From positions 23,674,213 to 23,738,212 of the forward strand of contig OZ234493.1 of the NCBI GenBank assembly GCA_965153455.1: a stretch of 64,000 bases of DNA, read 5' to 3'. The notes beneath the pieces were generated by a model. That model was not told the origin of the DNA. It saw nothing but the letters and a program-made list of their open reading frames with translations, and made no database searches. The stretch's first letter is position 1. The number at the start of each line of letters is the position of its first letter. A program made the position numbers and the translations under genes. Origin of the DNA: Sphagnum compactum. Lineage: Eukaryota. Below, in pieces: positions 13,663-26,024 of the stretch.

Positions 13663-16600
13663 GTTTTTGGAGGTGTGGAACGTTGGACAACTTATCTTTT
13701 GATAGGACAATTCAAGCTGTTTAGATAAACAAGATCAACACCACAACACTTTTAGAGAAGTATAAAATGCTTCCCAAGTGCAAGGCTAGGATGAACATCC
13801 TTCTCTGCAAGATGATATTGATGTATGTAATCCGCCCTACTTGAAAATTGATGTTCACAAAATGGAGCAGGCCTTCCACTTTGGATACCACAAGGTCTTT
13901 TATGTGTCCCCATTGAACTCGAAGGGAGAGCAAGAATTCATTGATGATCATGAGGTCGGTTGGAATTGCCATTGGCATTCAAAAAGCCAGAGGTTTGAAA
14001 CTTTTTCTTAGCGGATCTTGATTTAAATTCTCTCTCAAGATGTTTTTTTTTTGTGTGGGCTGGCAACCATAGGCTGTAAGCCTAGATGCCATATATTTGT
14101 CATGTCCATGGTGATGATGCTTCGTGGCATATCAATATGGACTCCATCTTGGTGGACACTTCTCATGGGCTAGTTGAACTTTTGACAACCATGACAGATG
14201 GAACATGTAATTCATTAATTATTATCATTGATATAAGGGCTTGCATTTTAATCTATTGGAATTTAATGTTCAATGTTCTCAACTTTAGTTGTTTGAAAAT
14301 TGCTTTCTATGGGAAGGCTTGTGGAGCCAAATCATGTTCGACCTAGCCTCATCCAAGAATTTTTTCGAATCCTATCCATTAGTATCATATTTTTGGAACA
14401 ATTCCAAGAAGTTTTACCTATAGATGTGTATAAAAGATGCCAAAGCAAATTTCGGAAGACTTGGCATTCTCTTACTTATGAGGCGTTCTTCGACTACATT
14501 TACAAGGTGAACCAAATTTTCTTCCTTCTTATTTTATTTGTGTATTTCGCTTCCTGGCTATTATTTGGTAACATTTTTCACATGCCTTGATTTCTTGATT
14601 TTTTTTGCAGCACGAGATCTCAATTGCTAAAGATGTCGTTGTGAAGATGTACTATGAAGAGTTCCCCCGGAGGCTAATCATCCCCCCATCAAGCTTAAAG
14701 AGCGGATGGAGAAGGCAATGGAATAGGTCAGGAAAGAACATTACTTTGCTTTTTGCAAGCACCTTCCTGTGTGCATCTTGCCCTTGGCACGGATTTCTTC
14801 AAGTAAATCCAAATTCATTAGGACATGAACTCTGAATAAGAGATGTTCACAGAGAAGCTAAAAATGTTAATTTACACATGTGTTCTCCTAAACAAAAACT
14901 TGTTTGGCTCAAGTAGTGAATGAGTTAAGCGTTTTTCAAGAAGCCAAGAAATTTCCTACGTTTGGTTTTTAACGTTCAATTTGATAAGTGGCTCCACAAG
15001 GCCACATTTTGGCATCAAGTGATCATCTTTATTCATTTTAGTCTTTGGATATTCCCCATTCTTCTTAATTGTTTTGACTTTGATATTTATTTCTTGTCTC
15101 ATGCAGTTAGAGGTGGAAGCTCTCAAGTTCTATGATTATATGGTCTTTGACCTAGAATTAACTGTCAAAGATGTCCCTAGAGTTGTCTTTTTTGCCTGCT
15201 ATATCTAGGGGGAGGCAATCCATTTGGGAGTCTGGTTTCTTCCAAGAATATAATACTCAGGATGGATTTCAGAGAAGCAAGAGCTGGGAGCTACAAATTG
15301 GGGCAAAGGAGGCTTTCAAGAGAGTTCTCTACAGGTAAACATCATACGCTTCCTCCTTGTGTGGTTTTGGGCTTCATTTTATATTCAAGAACATGGATAT
15401 CGGTCCAAATCTCAATGCCGAGAGTTCGGCATTAGTGGCTTGATTTCTACAATCATGTTATAATTTCTAGTCTTCATCCTCCTACTTTATGTTATCTTAT
15501 ACACTCTAGTTCTAGGGCAAGTACTTCTACCACGTTCTCCTCCAGGTTGGAACAATTGACCGACTACCGCACCTCCTTTTCAAGATTTGGTGTGATCCCA
15601 AGGCAAACAACTCTATGTTCTACAAAATCCTTCTTAAGGATTGGTTGTCTTCACACCTCTTGCACTATGGTTTGTACGTTGAAAGGATTGCACTCCATCA
15701 TCAAAAATCACCCTCTGCAAGAGAATTGATCTTGGGTTCCAATCTGGGTTTTAGGCATCCTTAACTACTTTAGTTGAGGCATCCAAAAAGAGAGGTAGGA
15801 GGAAGGGGAAGGAGTAGGTTAAAAAGATTGATGACACTTTTGGACACAACGGGGGAGTATGTCGAAATTCCTATGCATGGGAATATTCCATTTGTGCAAA
15901 TCACTCTTCCTCGGGGTTCCCTAAGGGTGGTGGTTCCTTCTCCACATTACACCCCCACTTGGCCTATTCTCAGTGTAGTTCCGTCTAGTAGGCTAGCTGG
16001 ATGGCATTGCATTTCCCTTCCATTCTCCTGGTTGACCATCACTTCATAGAGGTAAAAGACTAGGAAGTGGCTTGAAGAATTTGTCAAAATTTTAGAAGTC
16101 ATTTGCCAGGTTGCTCCCTTCTCAATGCATTTTTTATCCTTCCTTCCTTGTAATCGATTACTAGTTTTTTAATTTCATCCTTTCCCCATTTGTAGGCAAC
16201 TCCTGAGGGCAAGGTGAGCCTTGTCCTTGTCGATGTTCCAAGGGACCTTCTCATGCCATTTGTTTCAGCTTCCTCTATAAAGATTCATGTATGGAACAAG
16301 CTAGTTGAAGACTATGTGGTCTCCATTTTCGACTTTGCAAACAAGTTCTTAGCAAACGATGGGGCAATCTTGTTGTTCCACCCTGACGATCTCCATATTC
16401 TAAAGGAAATCAGATCATATATGGAAAGCTATAGTTTCCAAATTTGGATGAAGTGGGCGATTGTTAATTATCTACTATTTACTAGTTCAAAGGACCCCTC
16501 CATGAAGGTATTGATCCAATTTTTTCCCTTTCTTTAGTTTCCAATTTTTTGCATGTCCCCCTTCTCATTGTTCTCTCCTCTAGAATGTTACAAACCTTGT

Positions 16601-17150
16601 TGAGTCGAATTACTCTACTAGTGAAGGATCCTAGTGAATTGAATCCACAATTGAACTTTTTTGTGTTCTCCCATGCGTTTGAGGACCTATTACAGAAGGG
16701 GGTCAATGTTGGGAATGAGGACGTCCTTTACAACCATATTAATGCGTCTTCCATGAGTAAGTCCAAAAACGGAAAGCCATTTCAAGCAGCCAAGGAAATT
16801 CATCATGTTACTATTCAAGCCTTGATAGAAGTCTACTTTTAATCGAGATCCTTAGTTGTGGACTTGTCTGCCTCTACAAGTTTGCTCAAATTCCTTTCAT
16901 TTAGTTCTTTCCTTGCTAGCTTCATTCCCATTTTTGTTTCTAACTTTCATGATCTAAGCAGGCAATAACATTAGAGCTTGCTAAATCCTCTAGCGTCATA
17001 TTTTAGCTTTTGAGTCGGACATGGAAGTCTTCGAGGAGGTGCTCAGCCACTTGTTGAGGTTCCCAACCCTATGGGAAAATGCCGCACTATACAATTGGAT
17101 GATGAGGACTCCCCATCGCCAAAATGGTCTAGAGGAAACTTGGATTGTGA
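13663..17150 (+). pseudogene. Spliced ParB/Srx-like domain + beta-class N6-adenine/N4-cytosine DNA methyltransferase fusion (transposon cargo, disrupted)
   Basis: VW(A)GNHRL*A*MPYI at 14053-14097 resembles ParB DGNHR. MTase motif IV-like SLVLVDVPR (D at 16232), then KFLANDGAILLF and GKPFQAAKE..IQALIEVY. Motif I-like LVVDLSAST|(S/G)NNIRAC spans intron 16880-16961, followed by RHILAFESD (16994-17020). About 10 exons with GT-AG introns; several in-frame stops. Confidence 0.78.
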
Positions 17151-18392
17151 GTAAGTTTATCTTTTCATCTTTTTTCAGATTTGTTGTTGTGGATTCCTCT
17201 CTATTTTTCCTAATTGCCACCTCTTGTACTCTTGCAGAGGGCTTCCATTGCCTACTCTCGTGGGTCTTACTTTTTTCTCAACAAAGGATTTACAACTTAG
17301 TCCATCTAAGAACTTCCTATTGTCTTCATATGTCGAGGTTGAAGCCCAGGTCATGGCTTCCATGATCTCACCACTTAGCATTAAAAACATGTTAAGTATG
17401 ATCCTTTTGTTAGATCTCTAGTTGATGACAAGGCCATCAAGTGAAGTAGATCCTATTTGTTGAGCTCGGGGGTGGATCACTAAGTCCTTGAATCCTCTGT
17501 GTGATCCTATGGTTGGGTGGAGAGCTCAATTTCATTGTTTTTATTTCTCTTTTGGCAACTATTGTAATCAATATTCTATTTCAAATTGTTTTTCCATCCA
17601 AAGACCTATTGATCCCTTGTACCATATTTATTTGATTTATTTCATTTTGGAGTTTTTTATCCTTTCCTCCTCTGATTGTGCATGATCCATTATCTAACAT
17701 TCTTCATTCAAATTTCTCCATTCTTGGAACACAATTATTTATCTCTAGAATTGAGGTTCAATCCACATAATCCATAATCCATTGTGACATTTTTGATTCA
17801 TGCCAAAAGATGGTTTTTGTTATTTACTTCCTTCATTGATCTTTATTGATTACTCAATGGATTTTCAATGCTTGTAATTCTTCTGTTGTATTTTACATGT
17901 TGAATTTATTGCCAAGAATGATATAGTTTTATAGTCTAGACTTTTATTGATCCATTCTAATTTTGAGTGGCAGCATATTGAAGGTCATTCACATGTATGC
18001 AATGCATTATTGTTCCTTATACATGACTCTCAATTTTTTTAATCCTTTTTATTATAGAGGAAATGAAATGCAAAATTTGGGATATCACTTTTGTCAAATA
18101 TCTCAAAATGTGATGCCTATTTTTCAACCAATAATATCGTCTACTTGAATTAGCCTATGCATTTATTATTATTATTTTCTCCCCTGATGTTCTATTCAAA
18201 GATAGTAAACATCCTACTTTGTTACTTCAAAAATGCATATCAGTTCAAAAAACATTTTCTTTATACAAAATATATCTCTTCATGCATCATATCCTCGAAA
18301 AAACCTGTTTATAGAGACTTGTTAACTTCTCCTCCTAGGGTTTATAATTGTTGCCAATTTTAGAGGTGTCTATAGACTTTGCTTCAAATATA

Positions 18393-19034
18393 TTAAGCTG
18401 AGCCAAGTTCCATTGGTGAATCGTTCGATTCGTTGGAACCCATTACGGATTGTGGTGTAGGCGCTAGGGTCATGTCTTTTGAGTCTGTCTCTACATAGCC
18501 ATGGAATGGTGGGAGAGTATTCTTTGTCTCCTATTCTGAGTCCGTCACTACATCTTCTGTGTGTGGTGGGGAGTTCTATTCTTGTTCTGGGCTTCTAGGA
18601 ATGTAGCTGGCTGATATTAAGGAATCCAACTTTTTGCAAGTACTAGTGTTTCATATTCATCGTCTTCAGCATCAGAAGTGTTCCTCGGTCAATTTCGTAG
18701 CAAAAATGATTCACTTATTCTCCTCTCAACTTAAAATCCAAGTAGGTAGTCACACTACCTATGAAATCATTTTCTATAGTTTTGATTAGTTAGGGTGTTG
18801 GCCATGGATTGTTTCCAAGAAGTTGTTGCAAATGTTCGGAAACTCTGAGCAAAACATTTTTATCATTGTCCCATATATCTTGTACTCCTGCAAATGGTTA
18901 TATGATGCCCAGTACCCAACCTCTGCCTAGAACTCTTCATCCATACTCTTTAGTTCTCTTATATCTACTGAAGGGTAATCGTCCGAATCCTTTAGTGTTT
19001 GACAAGAGTGCTTAGGATATGGATATTGTGACAT
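18393..19034 (-). pseudogene. Orphan cargo ORF (~210 codons, disrupted) in the MULE
   Basis: MSQYPYPKHSCQTLKDSDDYPSVDIRELKSMDEEF*AEVGYWASYNHLQEYKIYGTMIKMFCSEFPNIC... with an acidic S/P/T-rich tail; no recognised family. Confidence 0.45.
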
Positions 19035-20046
19035 TGTGGAAATGAGCAATTCTACTCAAAACTCATTTCTTTGATTGCTACTTGGAAGTTCACTAAAAGA
19101 TTCTAAACTCTACTCGTGCAATGTTACAAAATTATAAACATCTCCCAAAGTCCAAAATTTTATACGGTTTCTTTGAGATTATTACATTCAATGGCCTTTT
19201 GAAAATATTCTACCTTTTTTTGGACCATGTGGATGGGATCGACTACATTAAAATGTTATAATTGGTAGAACAACTATGTTTCCTACTCGTATCATGCGTG
19301 GTGTGTGTAACATGTAATTGTGATCACTTCACTGGCCTTCTGGCCTTATGTGGCTTCATATTGTTTTTTGTTTACATTCCTGTTTCCATGCCATGTGTCC
19401 ATTTCATGCCTTCTGGCAACTATTATTCCTACATTCCATTGCATTCCTACATAGACCTTCATATCAAGTGTGAAACACTCAAAACATTTTCTGGCCTCAA
19501 TTGATATTTGGATGTACAAGAGGTCATTAAATATAGTCCATGAGCCTACGAGCATGCGAATGAACAAGCAAGCATGAACGCATGAGCAGGACTGAAATAA
19601 AATCTAAACTGAATGCACAACATAATAGACATTTGGGAACATGTCTACTTCCTGAAATATTTGTAGTTGTCTAATCAAATTCTGCATTTAAATCAAACAT
19701 AACAAACATTGGTTGTTATTGGACCATCTGGTTTTTGTTGGCAAGTTCAAACAATTACATGTGCCAAAATGGCTCCAAATTGCAGAATAGCTACATTTGT
19801 TTCAACAGCCACAACATCATGTATATGATTTTGATTATCATTTATTGCTTTGACCTGAAGTTTTTATTAATTGTTTATCTCAACAATCACTACGGATTTG
19901 TTCAAGATTGCTCAAATTTAGCCATAGTTTTATTTTAATTTTTCATAAATAAATATTTCTTTTTGTGATTTCACACTTTGAACAAATATTCATCTTCACA
20001 CATCTATTGGGCTACAATTCAATGTAAATAATAAGATTTTGGTTTT

Positions 20047-20684
20047 TCATTCAATTTTTGGTTTGTTGTTTTTTCTATTGTCGTACATGTCTTGTGGTTT
20101 CATGGCCAGTCCTATCATTCAACGATTAATCGATTGTTTTAAGACTTTGTTCTTCAATTCTTGTGGAACCCAAGCTTGCCTACCTAGAATTGCATAAAGT
20201 TGTTGTCAAGGATACATGAATTCTATGGATAGCAAATTCCCAATGTTACCAAGTCTTTTGTTCATAAATCATTCAATAAGCTTGTGAAAAAATGCTTTGG
20301 AATAAGCTTCTTTAAACTTGCACGTTCTTTGAAGAAGTCCATTGCATGTGTAAACATTACCAAATTGTAGTCCTCCATATCATTCTTGGAAACGTTTGTA
20401 GTTTGTTTCATTATAGAAATATTCTTTTTGTCCATCTTCACATTTGCCCATCACCATGTTGCCCATTCCTCTGTTTTGTTAATTACCTTCTTCCATTTTG
20501 TTCCCCATGTTTTGATTTCAAGCAAATGCCTAAGGGGGTCTAGCCTGGTATTATCTCTTGGATATTCCAATGATTTTTTTGTCATCTCACAAATTGTTTC
20601 TAGTATGCTTGTGATTAACGTGTATTCAATTGTAGATTCCAAGGTGTTTGGTTTGACAATTGGTCACAATTTTCTTTTTGCCAT
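20047..20684 (-). pseudogene. Orphan cargo ORF (~210 codons, disrupted) in the MULE
   Basis: MAKRKL*PIVKPNTLESTIEY..LDPLRHLLEIKTWGTKWKKVINKTEEWATW*WANVKMD..MDFFKERASLKKLIPK; long near-open frame; no recognised family. Confidence 0.5.
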
Positions 20685-21778
20685 TGTAGTAGAGAAGTTT
20701 TACGATTGCAAGCATGCGGTTGAGGACAAGAGGATGTAACTAGGAAATACTCGTGCAAATAATGCAAATTGAGGTATTCTACATGCAAATTAGTAGTAGA
20801 GAGAAAAATAATGCAATTTCATTGTTCAAGTTGCCAAGGGGTTGAAAGAGCGAATGAAAATAAAAAAGAGTTTAAAATGGTAAGGTGTCCTGGGGTACCT
20901 GATATTGTCCCAATTCCTAACGGTCGCATAACTTTTTGTGGTGGACAGGTAGTGTTTGAATTGGCACATACCTGTTGCTGGGTCAACGGGTTTATGTGCC
21001 ATTGAATTTGATGTAATTTCAAATTTTATATGGTTTGGATGCTGCAAAATTGGAACATGAAATACTAGTTCAAGTATAACTTGAGCATTTCATGTGATGA
21101 ATTGTTCATAATAAACCAACATAAATTTCTTGTATCCTATTTCTTTAATTCAGTTTTTTGCAAAACAAAACTTGTTGCAAATGTTCATGAAAAAGTTCAT
21201 CCATTATCATTTTTCATCCACATTTTCATCCATAAATATCATTCATCTGTGACATGTGGAAGAATATTTTTCCATGTCACAAAATATTTTGTCCTAAGTG
21301 TTATAAAATATTCTTTAAATATCATGTCCATGTGGGAAAAATATTCTAAAAAAGATTTGGTCTTGCTCCCTTGCTCATGCTCACCTACTCATGTTCATGC
21401 TCAAAGGCTCATGAAATAGCAACCCCCCTTTCAACCTAGGCATCAAACTCCAAATGATGAGTAGTAGTAAATATATTTTTTGCCTAAGGTTTTAAATAAC
21501 ACTATCCAAAAGGTACTAACAAACTTTGAGTCCCTCTCAAAGATAATTTATTTAGGCAATGCATGGATCCTATATATTTCTTTTATAAACAACAAGGTTG
21601 TTTTAAAGGCAAAAGTAGTTGTTTTTGTGGGGATAAAATTTGCTTGCTCTTACAAGCGGTCCACCACAACCATTATGGCATTATGGCCTTTTTTAGTTAT
21701 AGGTAAGTCAACAATAAAGTCAATATTAATGGATTGCAATTTTTTTATTGGTATTTGCAAAGGCTAAAATAGGCTAGC

Positions 21779-22364
21779 GGGTACATATGCAATATAATGA
21801 GCCACTGTAAGTGTAACCAATCCTGAATAACACACTTGTCAATTTTTAACTTCATTTAGGATTAAATATTTTTCATGTAATCTACATAGTGTGATGTAAT
21901 ATACACTCAAGAATGACATATAAAAATATGAGTCAATTATATCAACATTTGAGGGTGAAAAAGGATTAATTAAACACTTGTAATCAATCATGAGGTCTTT
22001 AGTAATTCAAATAAGAATTATCAAAATTAATCTAAATTTGTTTAGAAATTTTCATATTCATGTAGATTGAATAATTATTAAACTTTACATGGTTTTGGAT
22101 CATCACTGGAATTGATATATAAATAAGTTGTAGAATTCCAAATTCCAAATTTTCTTTCCAATAACTCTTGGATAAATATGAAGATAAATTTTAAATCAAG
22201 AAACTAAATTTTATTATAAAAATTTATTGTACAAATCACATATGTGATTAAACCATAAATTTTGTGCAATGGTTGCATGCCATCTCAATTTCCAATTTCA
22301 AGTACTTGCCCTTTTGAAAGGAACAAAGGAGTTGGGTTTGGCTCATTTTATTGTGGATGTACCC
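21779..22364. mobile_element. PIF/Harbinger (Tourist-like) MITE in gypsy integrase
   Basis: TIRs gggtacatatgcaatataatgagcca / tggctcattttattgtggatgtaccc; TAG duplicated at 21775-21777 and 22365-22367; AT-rich interior; integrase sequence continues on both sides. Confidence 0.8.
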
Positions 22365-24095
22365 TAGGGGTTTTTATTGCCCCACCTTTGATACTTGGCA
22401 TTTATAACATTTCTTTACATAATCACAAATATCCCTCTTCATGCCAGGCTAAAGAAAATTTTCCTAATTATAAGGTAGGTTTTCTAAAATCTTAAATCCC
22501 CTACAATTGTGAGATTATGGTAATCATGCATAATTTTTAATTGATAACCTATGCCCTAAAGAATACATATCAACCATTGTAATACAATAATCCACCTTTC
22601 AAAATATAGGTCAAATATTTGCCTAGTTTTTCTGACCTTTGGACCTCATGGCATAAAGCCTCAAAAAGGGCAACAAAGTCTGGATCTTCCCCATACTTGC
22701 CCTTTATCTCTTCAATTAGCCTTCCCTAATTAGGGACATATTGTTTATCCATCTTCTTCAGGACAAGGCATTAGCAAAAAAAAAATTTCCCCCTTTACAT
22801 AGCATATTTCAAAGGAAATATATCGCATACATTTTACCCACCTACACTACCTCTCACTCAAGGTGGGTTGTGAAGCCAAGAATTTTAAGCTTTCATGATT
22901 TGTTTCGATTTTGAAATTTGTATGTAGCAAATAATGTTACCATATTTTCAAGGCATGTACGATGTCTAATAATTCCTTTTCATAATAAGGTAGTTATGTT
23001 CTCCTAGACTTAATATCTTAGATTTATAAGCCACAACATAACCTTTTTACATCAAAACAATTCTTATGACCATATTATTAACATCTATATAAAGAACCAT
23101 ATCAACCACCCCATATTCCATTAGTTTTAATATAAGGGGTAAATAGTGAAAGCCCCCTTAAGGGCATTGAAACCATTGGCATTCACAAGCTCGCTCAATT
23201 TCATCATTTCCTTTTAATAATTCGATTAATGGGGATGACACTTTATAAAAAAATTCATAAATCTTCTATAAAATCCGTCAAGGCCCAAAAAACTTCATAT
23301 ATCTATCCAGTCATTAAGGGTAAGCCGATCCATAATTACTTGGACTTTCTTAGGATCAACTAAAATACCTTCCTTAGAAATAATATGGCCCATGTATTCT
23401 ACTTGGGGTACAAAAATTCACAATTGTTCATTTTAACATGCAATTTATTTTCCCTTAAGATTTGTAAAACTTTCCGCAAATGCCTTTCATGTTCCTCAAA
23501 TGTCTTCGAATATACCAAGATGTCATCCATGAAAATCAACACAAAGTTTTGTATGTGTCACCAAAAGAAAGTGTTCATTAAACACATAAATGTAGTTGGG
23601 GCATTAATTAACACAAAAGGCAGAACAAGGAACTCATAATGCCCATATTGGGTTTGGAAAGTCATTTTATTGGAATCCAAATCCTTGACTTAGATTTGGT
23701 GATAATTGTTCTTGAGGTTTATTTTCGAAAAGACTTCAACACCACCCAAGTTGTCAAACAAATCATCAATACGCAACAAAGGAAACTTATTTTTAATTTT
23801 GGACTTGTTCAACCATCTATAGTGTCCACACACAACTTTAATGTGTCATTTTTTTTTTCTGTTTTAATAATAATAGTGCCCCCCAAGGAGATTTATTGAC
23901 ATAAACTTTTTCCAAAAGATCCCAAGTTTGGGTTTCCAACTCCTAATTTTCTAGTAGGGAGTGTCGATAGAACAGTTGAGAGACAAGGATTGTCCCAAGT
24001 ACTAATTCAATAGTATGATCCACATCTCAGTCTTAAGGCAACCCTAGTAGTTCTTCACGAAACACATTTAAAAACTCATCAAGGATCTCACAATT

Positions 24096-24206
24096 CACTA
24101 CAAAAAAAGTTGTCCATGTACGCTAAGTGATTTCATTGGATTTTGAATGAATTCACTACTCTAGTGAATGAGGACTAGTGAATTGCACCCACATTTTGTA
24201 GTAGTG
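24096..24206. mobile_element. CACTA-ended MITE copy 2
   Basis: CACTACAAAAAAA...TTTTGTAGTAGTG with perfect ATT/ATT TSD. Confidence 0.9.
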
Positions 24207-26010
24207 ATTATTCTTACTCCCCACATCCATAATATTGTTTGGGTTATAATCATGGGGATCCTCATGGACACTTATTAAAAATAATTTGTGTCCTTTTTTC
24301 ATTTGGGTACTTAAAAGCAAAGGGACCTTGGGGAGTGCCCTCTTACCTATTAAATGGAATGGTTATCCATTAAGAAGAGACTTTATCACCGAATAGTCTT
24401 GACAAGCAACTCTAATGTCAAATCGCATCAATCATTCCATCTTGGAATATTGTTGTCATATTGCATTCCATCTTGGAATATTGTTATCATATTGCATTCC
24501 ATCTCAAACCTCAAAGTCTACTTTAGCTCGCACCCCTTGCATCCTCATTGGGACTTGCAACACCTTACAACTAGTGACCCCAATCCCATCATTAAGGAGT
24601 ATGGTGGTGCTAAGTCTAGCTCCCATTTGTTGAAGATTAGCCTTAATTTCTACCATCTCTTGTGATAGAAAGTTGTGGGAACTTCCTACATTGATTAGAA
24701 CTATAGATGGTTCATCATTGATATGCTTAACCAATCTAACCACATTGGGGTTGTATTGTACCTCCCCACTATCCACCATAGCAAAAAAATTCAATTGTCA
24801 CACATGCTCTCTAGTAATGCTAAGTAGCTCACATTTTTGGCCTACATCCTCCACTTCTTGTATTACCATACTTGCTGTTGATTAAAAAGATGTGAATTTC
24901 TTAAGGCAATCAAATGATTGATGCCCCTTTTGGTGACAATTAAAACATAAGCCATTAGCTTATGCTTATCTTGCTCCTTATTTGAAAGACGCCTCCATTG
25001 GGTTGATCTATTTATAAATTTGGATCGGGACCTTGAAAATCCTTTAGACCCACTTGGCCTCTTCTACTCCTTTTCCTTTTTGCCTTTTGCAAAGCCAAAT
25101 GGTTGGGGTGACTTCCTTGGCCAAAACCCAAGTCTTTTTCGAGGGCTATACCTTTTTTTTAGGCCTTACGTTGGCTTTCCAAGGTGATGGCCTTGCGGTA
25201 GGCTTCTATTTCCATTGTCAATTCATGACTTTGAACCACAAACTTGATGGATTTATCCAAGCCATTCATAAAAAATCAATTTGGTCTTATTCTTTTAGTG
25301 TAAGGATATATGACACATGTTCATCAAACTTCACCTTGTACTTTGCTACAATCATATGCCCTTGGGTTAGTTCCATAAACTTGAATTTCATTTTATGAAC
25401 ATAGTCTTGGGGTAAATATTGTTCCCTGAAAACACGTCGAAATTTCACCCACATAGTTACACCTTCGTGCCTTTCTTTCATTCAAATCCACCATTCCTTA
25501 CCCTTCTTTTGCATTTAAAGAGATGTGGCCAAAATCTTATCAGCATCCACATAATCTTTGTTAAAAAAATCCTTTAAGGTTTTGAAAAACAACAACACCT
25601 TGGATGCCAAACATTGAGGCAACCATGGAACTCAAGAAGATGTGTCATCTTTTAGAGCTCTTTGTTTATGTTACACCTCCTAGATTTTCGTTCTGTGCCA
25701 CCACCCCTACTATTGGATGATGAATCCCTCGGGGACTATGACCTAAACCTACAATGCCTTTTGTCACCATCAACAACACCTCAAATCACCTTCACTAAAA
25801 TTTCAACTTTCAAGGTTACATTGTCGATCAAATTCATTAATATTTTCCCCAAACCCATTGATATGGTACTAGAAGCTCGGTGACTAATTGTGTGACCTTC
25901 TTGTTGGTTAGTTGGCCCATCCATGGTTTCAAAATACCAAATCACACCACTAATGCATTGAAGCCTTGTTCACAAAACTCATACCCAACTTGGCCCTTTG
26001 GTTCGAAATT

Positions 26011-26022
26011 GTTTTAATACTA
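26011..26022 (-). promoter_or_regulatory. Decayed tRNA-iMet primer binding site
   Basis: Minus strand reads TAGTATTAAAAC two bases after the LTR end; differs from canonical TGGTATCAGAGC only by G>A/C>T changes. Confidence 0.75.
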
Positions 26023-26024
26023 AA

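Larger units (their letters stand above)
5417..21425. mobile_element. ~16 kb Mutator-like (MULE) DNA transposon with cargo genes, inserted in gypsy integrase
   Basis: Integrase reads ..DA*VER at 21427+ and resumes IERTSYILEDM at 5416, with CCTTTCAA on both sides (5409-5416, 21427-21434). Degenerate ~170 bp TIRs: ttttgtgacgtggcaaaatattct (~5560-5583) versus agaatatttttccatgtcacaaaa (~21261-21284), 22/24 match in reverse complement. Outermost TIR bases match poorly on the left. Confidence 0.85.

Noticed and set aside
13663-17150. Bacterial contamination or recent HGT as source of the ParB-MTase
   Set aside because: The gene has spliceosomal introns, host-like decay and lies within nested plant TEs.
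24433-24503. 31-bp tandem duplication next to the gypsy protease
   Set aside because: Ordinary local slippage in a dead element.
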